This document shows, piece after piece, positions 44,801 through 53,800 of a DNA stretch of 64,000 nucleotides. The DNA is from Mytilus edulis (lineage: Eukaryota). Below the pieces are notes generated by a model. It made no database searches. It had not been told where the DNA came from and saw only the letters and a list, made by a program, of their open reading frames with translations. The number at the start of each line of letters is the position of its first letter. Position 1 is the stretch's first letter. The position numbers and the translations under genes were made by a program. The DNA is taken from assembly GCF_963676685.1 (NCBI RefSeq), contig NC_092353.1, positions 59,024,001-59,088,000 on the forward strand, written 5' to 3'.

Positions 44801-47800
44801 AGTATTCTCACAGTCAAGTAATTCTATGTAAAATTTGTACTTTTTGGCCCGATTTAAAAAAAAATTTAAAAAATCAGGGCCAATTTTAACCATTCGAAAA
44901 ACCTTCTCTTTTGTGTTTTTGTTTTGTGTAATTCAGGCTGTTTTTTGTTTGAATTGATTCTTATTTACATTTTATTGCCCATCATAGCTGAACATTTGGT
45001 ATAGGATTTGCTCAGTGTTGATGCCCGTACTGTGACTCAAATATTTATCAAACCAGTTCCACTGGGCCTCTGTTGGATAGTGGTCTCATTTAAACCATTC
45101 AACATCCCTTAACTTGAAATAATAGTAACCATTTAGATTAAACGATAAAATAAAAAAACAAAATATTTAAATACGTTTTGCTGAATAACTATGTAGCAGC
45201 TTTTTGCAATGGATTTTTTTCTTCTTTTATTCCAAAATATGAAGATGCGGTATAATTGACAATGAGACAATTCGTCACCAGAGATCAAAAGATATAGAAG
45301 TAAGCAACTATAGAAAATATGTTTATGAGTTTGTGTCATGAAATGGTGATATTTTTTCAACTCAACTTAATGATAAACACATACGTGGATGACATCTATT
45401 ATCGTGTTCGTTGTAGAAGTGCGCTGGTTCACAATCACATACACTAAAAGCACAAATTAATGGAGAGAAACAACTGCTTACAGTTGTCGAACAAGGATCT
45501 TGGTAACTTCCAACTGTAAAAAACAAATCAATCGACATTTAATTGATGCTCCTTTTTTTTCGATAATTTATTATCTTGGTCAACCTGGATCGTAGTCAGA
45601 ACTATAACATTCGTTAATTGAATCACTCTTAAAATATAAACAAGGACAGGGACAGTCTAAACTAACGGGGTTGGTTACTATTGGTTTTATTTAGATAATA
45701 CGTCCCTGTGTAATGTTAGTACCAAGCAATAAACTAAGTTACGTGCCTTTGATATGCGAAGCTGGCTGTTTTTTGCGTATTTCTATTTAGGTTCATTGTA
45801 TTTAAAAAGAAAATCTAATAAAAAAAAAATCTGATTAATAACCATTAACCATTGCATAACCAAAAATGCAAGATTTTGATACAAAATTAGAAATGTTAAA
45901 TTATTTAACTGAGATATCCCGTTGAGAAGAACAGTACAGGCGTGCAAAAGGGAGTACATATGTATTGAACATGTTGAACAAGATGGCGGCTACAAGAAAT
46001 TAACAAACAAATACTAATAGTTCAAAGGTTTATTTATGAAAAACTATCCGAGGAATCTTTTCAAAAACAGCATTTTACAATGACAAAGTGTGAACAATTG
46101 CAATAAAATGTTACTTCTCTAAAATTGCAATTTGAGTTATAACTATAAGTCCAAATCAAATTCAAATGTTAATGTTGATTGCGCTATATTTACAGAAAAT
46201 TGCCCTAAAAAACACCAGCTGCAAACGGTGATCCTTTTGCTTTTTTGGCTACATAATATTGCCAATATCGACAGATAATGATCAATCATATTTTAAAAAA
46301 GGCCAATGAAAGAACTTAAGGATCACAAAAGGTATGTTTGGTAAAAAATAGTTTTCCGATATGGAAAGACATGTAACCGAGTTAATTCTCGTTCAAAGCT
46401 CGTATGAAAACTGTTTGTACCATGCACTTTTCAGTATAAAATCTGTCGAATTCCTTTTAATGTTAAGATCATTATGATATACTTTATTAGTTTTTTTTAT
46501 TGAATACGACTGAAAATTAATTATTCAGATTAGTTAAGATTGAATACCCTTCCAGAGCAATTGTATACTGATTTATGTAATGTTCGCACATATCGGTATA
46601 ATGTTTTAACAAGTTTTGTTTTTATGTGCATATATGTAGGTTACAATGAAGAAATTTGTTTCATATTAGATATTCAATTAGAGTTGTTATATCAATCTCT
46701 CAAAATTTACCAGAACATACCTGCTTTCAAGCTATCTGATGAAGTTATAAAATGTAAATATCTGATTTCGTTATGCTCGTACGATAAATGAGCAGGCGAC
46801 TCGTAATAGGTCTGAATTTTAGTCAGATGGTTTTAACCCACGTTGTTACACTTATAAATAACATTTGGTACTATTTTTTAAATTTTTTTTTGTAACATAT
46901 ATATCACTTAGTATTGTTGTGAGATCTTTGAGCCATTAGAAACTCTTACGGAAAAAATATGAAAATAAAATGAGAAAATAACCAAAAGTCGCTGTCAGAT
47001 CAACAATAGAAGGCCCAGTGCACAATAAATATCCACAAACATACAATGTATGTAAGATTAGATGACATAAAACCAATTATTAATTAACATTTTGTTCGGT
47101 TATAAATCGATTTACAGCAAAAAATCCAAGTTACAAACTAAAACCGAAGGAAACACATGAACTATATAAGTCGCCGATAAAAACTTTAATAGTCAAAAGT
47201 GTGTAACGGAAAATTGCGTCAAACACCAACAATTCATCAATAATCTTTATTTGTCCCAAAGGGTATGACCAGCCAAGTAGTCAACACTTCGGTGTTGACA
47301 TGAATATCAATAATGTGGTCATTTTTAAACATTTCCTGTTTACAAAACTTTGATTTTTTTCGAAAATCTAAGGATTTTCTTATCTCAGGCATAGATTACC
47401 TTAGCCGTATTTGGCACAACTTTTTGGAATTTTGGATCCTCAATGCTCTTCAACTTTGTACTTGTTTGGTTTTATAAATATTTTGATATGAGCGTCACTG
47501 ATGAGTCTTATGCAGGCAAAACGCGCGTCTGGCGTACTGAATTATAATCCTGGTACCTTTGATAAATATTTAACAATGTATGTATATAAACTATTCATGA
47601 AGTGTATGTAGTGTTATTGCAAATGTAAGTAAATAAATAATTCCGAGTCTCAATTTACATAAAAGAACTACGTAGTTTTATAGAACTAAAATACCTTGAA
47701 CAGAGGAAGGTTTTTGTGGCATACTTATGATTATTGTCACTTCTACCAGTCAATGCAAGATTCAGCATAAGCAACCAAGAAACATTTAAATATTGAAATA

Positions 47801-50800
47801 TTGAAATATCAAAGTTTCAATCCAAAATGTTACCCTAAAAACATGAATATGACCTGTGTATTCTGTCCCTTAACATTTTTGCACTTTTAAGCAAGATTTG
47901 TGTTTTTAGCCTACTATTGACTACATACAAATTGCTTTATCAAAGAACAGCTACACAAGCTATCTTTTTTGCAGATGGTGGTATTTTGGCAACTGCATAG
48001 TACTTGAATATAATAAAATACTTACTTGCTTTACAAACATCATCGTCTGGGTCTCGATACTGAGTTCCGGGTTCACATTCTAAAAACATAAAAACATGTA
48101 TTCATAACGGGGCAATTATGTTGAACATCTCTTTCTGTACATTTTTAAATGAATAAACATGAAACTCGATTATTTTATCACATTCCTTATGAACAATCAT
48201 ATTCTGGTTTAAAGCAAGTCACAATATGAGTCTATGACTTCAAGTCACTCAATTTTCACGATGTTTTTACCAATTTATTGACCTTAGTGACTGGGTGATG
48301 CTGATGGATGTGTGACCCTGTAGTCTTAATGTAGAGTGAACCCTAGTGAACAAATTGACTTCAAAGTGTTGAGCTAGGAATGAACCTTATCTATGTTAAT
48401 AATAATGTATGATAATCTAAAGGCCAAGCCCAACAAAAATCTGGAGTGTTCCGTGTTTCCCGTTTTTAGGCTTCACCTGGAATAACCACAGATTGTCGTT
48501 CCTAACGAAAAATTACAGAAAAAACAAGAGCAGCTGTTCTATGTCCTATTGCCTCTGTACTGTGTGGCTCAAACACCAAACTATTGCCCGTCGCGTCCGA
48601 TTCAATTTACGATGTTCGTATTTTGGCTCATACTGGCCTTAAGTTAGCAATACACGGTTAGGAAAAAAGAATTCAAATTGACACTCATAATTTTTAACCA
48701 CCTTCTTTGCCTTCCTTTCTAACAAATAAGACTTTTTATACTGCACTCGTTCTATTTGAGCAGTCAAAATGCGTTGACTGTATATTTCTATGTCATATAC
48801 AGTCACTGACCCGATATCACTTTTCCTCATGAATATTTAAATAGAAATTGCCGAAATAATATTGGAATTATTCATACGACCTCTTCAACCTGTTCTTGTT
48901 TCTAATGCATACAACGATGCGTGGAACGACTCAACATTGTTTCTTTTGCAATTATTGGAAAAACATATTTAATTTGTTAATATTTTTTGTTTGCAACCTA
49001 TAAATCATTATGTTTTATGCTTATGGTTGATATTTAAGTCCATACTCTAACGATTTCGTTCACCATCGAGTGTTGGTTTCAACAGGTAAATGTTAATTTC
49101 ATTGTGTTGTATATTTCTCCGCGAGCATGATGTGAGGCCTTTTTAAAGGGTATGTTCCCCAATATTTAAATCAAATAAATAACCTTAACGCATTAAACAA
49201 CAATTGAAAATGTTTTTTTAGATTGCAGTATAAAGACAATAATAGTGCATTGACTTGACATATCAACGATATAAGGATTCGGCCCGAAACGGGGAAATAG
49301 CTCGGCACAGCCTCGCATTTCCCCGTTTCTAAGCCTCATCCTTATATCTTTGATATGTCAAGTCAATGCACTATTATTGTCTATATATTTCTGTTACTTT
49401 GTGTATATTTATTTATAGAGCATCTCCCTTATATTTCATTTAAGATAGTTATAATCGTGAAATATAATCACCTTTTAGTCATTGTTTGTGTTACCATGGC
49501 AACAATCTGCATTTATTTGATTTAAAGGGGGGTGCCACAAAAGACTCAAAATGTAGTCCGAATAAGAATTGCAATCCATTAGAGTGATATCTTTTCTGAA
49601 ACAATACACATACATCTTTCACAAAGTAAAAATAAAAGCACATGCATTTCGGATCATTTTCCATAAAATTGAATTGAAAAAATCGGGGGTCAAAACATTG
49701 TTGAAAAACATTACAATGATTTTTGGACCTATGGGCAGTACGGATTTAAAAGATAGACTGTCAAACAGAAAATTTTTATAAATGTTCATATATCATAAAC
49801 CCACTTGGAAGACTATATTATACTTCAGCTATCTAAAAATCAGCTTTCATGTACACAAACTTTCATATTAAAAAAATAATCAAAATTATTATGACCAAAA
49901 AGCGAAACTAAACTTATAACTGAATTGCTACCGAAACCAGGGAAACATGACAATTATTGGCCGAAGGTTGAGGGAACATGCTTCAATGTCGACAAACTTA
50001 CAATACAGCTGACCTATAAAACATAGAGAAGTTCAAAGAGTCACTGGAGCCATAAAAAGACTATTTTTGGGAGAAGCTGTAACCGCGCATGATAAGGGTT
50101 CCTTACATCGTAAAAATTACAATGTAAAACAAAACTTGTAGCGGGTGAATTTAGACATAAAAATATATTTTCGTTTACCAGTTTAACTCTGGCAACAAAA
50201 CCGTTGAAGTATTGACGACGTTTTGCATCTACTAATGTAATATTCCAACGGCTTTGTCATGATGTTGTCACTTATTTGGTAATAAAGATATAAACTGTTA
50301 TTTGATATTCCTTTGAAAATGATTACTTTGCAATTTCCTCATGGGATTCCTCCTGTAAAATGACAGAAGAGTACTTTATCTTTAACAAAACAAAAATGCA
50401 CCGAAAATTATTATATAACATGATTAATGATTAGGACTGGATTCAAATATTTACAAGTGTTTCGGTCATCGCAATGTATTCATAAACCGTTTGAGTATGT
50501 CTGTGTATCAATAAACTGCAGGATTTTGAAGCATTCTGTAATGTGCTGAATTCATGTTTCATTCTTAGGCCTTGAATTAGCGAAAATTTATATTAAAAAT
50601 GAACCATACATTTTGAAATTTCTTATTGAACACATCTCTTTGAAATGATTTCGTTAATTTTGATTGTTTTTATATAATTAGAATTAAAGTCTAGTAATAT
50701 GTCTACAAATACACTTTACTTGTTCTAGCTGTTACACTCATGATAGAGTTGGGGAGGCAGTTCGACGTAAACGTATGTATTCGTTCGCTCTCGTCTCCGG

Positions 50801-53800
50801 TTGTATAGGGAACAATTTGTTTCATGTCTCGTGTTTGGATAATACTAGTCACAGGAAAATATTACCTCATCTGTATTTGGGAAAATTTTAGTAATTTTTT
50901 ATCCTTAATGCTCTTCAACGTCGTACTTTATTTGGACTTTTTATTTTTATTTTTTTTCGGGTGTCACTGATAAGTCTTAAGTACATGAAACGTGTGTCTG
51001 GCGTAAATACAAATTTTCAATCCTGGTTTCTAGGATGAGTTTATATGAACATAAGAGCCCTTGCTATAACACTTTGAGGGGTTGTTAGTAGACCTGTTGG
51101 TAAACGATGAAAGGCAAATTGTCTGCCCCTTTTCAATCCCCTAATTTCCAGAGCTAGTTTAAATTTTTATCACCTACTTTGTTATCAGTCAACCATGCAA
51201 ATACTATATATTGTATTGGCTGTATATGTGTAAACGTTCTGAATATGCACAAAAAAAAATTGTATCAGTACATAAACAAACAGAAAATTCAATATCTTAA
51301 TTTAATATCACAGTCAATAGATTTATATAAACGCGTGACACTGATGTCAGGGCACACAACTAGAATGTCTGATATAGCCTTTAACCTTTATTATTTTCAT
51401 TCAAGGCCAAAGCCTTCTTAATAAAAGTACAAAACAGTTGAAACAACCAAGTAAATGAATAAAAGATATTCTGAACATCCAAAGTCAACACATATGTGAA
51501 GGATTTGTTATCTTAAATTAATTGAGACTTTCATCTCCATGTTTTTTGATAAAATTAATTTAGAAACGTTATTGGACTTTATTAACATAAAAGGGAATTC
51601 ATTTTTGTTTTATCGTCTTGTTCCTACATCAGGCATGTACTAAACAGTTGTCCTTGAATATTGTAAAACTTTTTTGGACAGTAATGTAAATGAATGATTA
51701 TTTTACATACATTAAGAATTTAATTAATCTCCAGGCATTGTAGCTGTACAAACATTTGATTCCCTCGCATTTTAGTGTTTTTGTTTCTATGTATAACTTC
51801 TACGTGAATTAATTAGACTTTAACATCGGTGAATACACTCATATATACCAATATTAAAATTTGGTATATGCATCAGAAAAGTCTACAAAAGTCTCATCAG
51901 TGACTTGAATAAAAATATCAAATAGGCAAAATAAATAACGAGACTGAAGAGCATTGCGGACCAGAAATTCCTAAAAGTTTGGCCAAATATAGCTACAACA
52001 ATACTGAGATAGAAAAGCTCAAGAATTTCAAATTATGTTACTAAAAATCTAGACTTACCACAAAAAGGAATATCGCAAAAATCCCATCTGTAAAGAGGGT
52101 CCATGGTATAACACCAAGGTCCGGGCTCATGATCTGGATTACGGCAATAATTGTGTTTCATTTTAGACAATTCCTCAAAATTTGTAGGGCGATGAGGAGT
52201 TTCCACATCCCATCTCTGACAGGCTAAGTTGCTGCGGGTAATGCTGGTTGTTCCTCGATATTCAAGACCTTTCGATGTTGTCTTACACTCCTTACAAAAG
52301 GGAATATCGCAATAAGACCATGTGTCATCAGGGTCCATGGTATAACACCAAGGGCTGTCATCACCGTCTGGATTACGGCAATAATTGTGTTTCATTTTAG
52401 ATACTTCCTCAAAATTCGAAGGACGATGAGGAGTTTCTACATCCCACCTCTGACAGGTCTGGTCGTGTCTAGTTACGCTGATCTGTCCTTCATATTCGAG
52501 ACCTTTCGATGTCGTCTTACAGTCATCCTCTACAATAATCAAACAAAAAAGTTAATTAGAGTAACGAGGACAATTTTGTAATTTTCTTACAGTCAGTTCA
52601 TTGCTGCTTTCGATTTTTATACATCAAAAGCATGAAAAGGATATACTAGTAGATTTATCGCCATAGGCTAATACAGATTATAAGAAAATATGTACCTAGT
52701 TTCATTTATCCTTTCAAGTCTTATATAATAATTCTAATCCGGACATCACTATCAATTTTTGTTTTACTTCAATAACAAGCTGGGTTTTTTTTTCATAATA
52801 TAAAACATTTCCAACTGTTTAGTTGATCTGATGTTGTGCTTGTTTACCACTATAAAACAGGGGCGAAAGATACCAGAGGGATAGTCAAACTCATTGATCG
52901 AAAATAAACAGACAACGTCATACTTAACACAGAAAGAAAGACAAATAGATTAATATTAGTACGCAAGATATAGCCCAGTCAATCTAGCATAAATTAACCT
53001 AACCTTAAAGTTATTGCAACAGAATATTTTTAAGTTCTAATCTTTAGCATTATGCCACAAATATACACAGAAAAAAGTCTCATAAAATCTTACTCGAGGA
53101 AGACTAAAAATAATTATCATTTAAAATTCCAATGGAGATTTGAATTGAAAAGGGAGATAACTCTTGCAAAAAAGACAGAAATATCAATAAAAATTGATAC
53201 AAAATTATAACTTTACCGCTTCTATTCATCAGAATATATTGATTCTTGATATGATATCGGTCTTTAGGGTATAACAAACAACTCTAAAGGTGTTTTCATA
53301 TCTTTAATCAAGCTTTCATCTAGATTTCGTAATGCATTAGTTGACCATTAATTGAATTTTTCAACATGTCAAGGTAAAGAATCTCAAATTTTAAAAAAAT
53401 AGTTAAGCATGTATTCTTCTTTTTGTGGTTTAAAGTTTCTTTAGACAAGTAAGATGCTGAAAAATATGATATACAGATATAAACAATACCAAATTTTCAC
53501 ATTATTTTTTTCCAAACTGGTCACAAAGCTTCAAATTTGCAATTCCTTTAATGAAAAATGCACAAAAAAAATACAACTACCTATTACACTTCGGTTTTGT
53601 ACATTTTATGAGCAGTAGATTATATAATTTAGTTAAAAACAAACTTATAACCCCATCAAAGTATCATACTATACATAAGTTTCAAGAAAATCAACCTAAA
53701 AAGACCCCAAAAAAGACTAAATTTTTTCGGAGTTATCTCCTCTTCCAATGTTGATTTCCATAGGAAATTAAAAATGCTGATTTTGAGATTTCCTCAAGTT

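Larger units (their letters stand above)
33940..47870. repeat. Recent intragenic tandem duplication: copy A ~33940-41140, copy B ~41980-47870
   Basis: Colinear high similarity across linker, kringle and EB exons and their introns, interrupted by copy-specific indels. Confidence 0.9.

Noticed and set aside
14420-52529. Naming the gene plasminogen (PLG), HGF or LPA
   Set aside because: No PAN or serine-protease domain is visible, the exon structure differs and the host is an invertebrate. Similarity is limited to the kringle domain.
14412-52542. Treating each kringle ORF as a separate single-exon gene
   Set aside because: The ORF starts are intronic or internal, none has a signal peptide, and all have phase-compatible splice sites at the domain boundaries.
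14609-52581. Recurrent plus-strand ORFs (14609, 18540, 23635, 26595, 36080, 43637, 52387) that resemble each other or overlap exons
   Set aside because: They are antisense shadows of the duplicated minus-strand exons.
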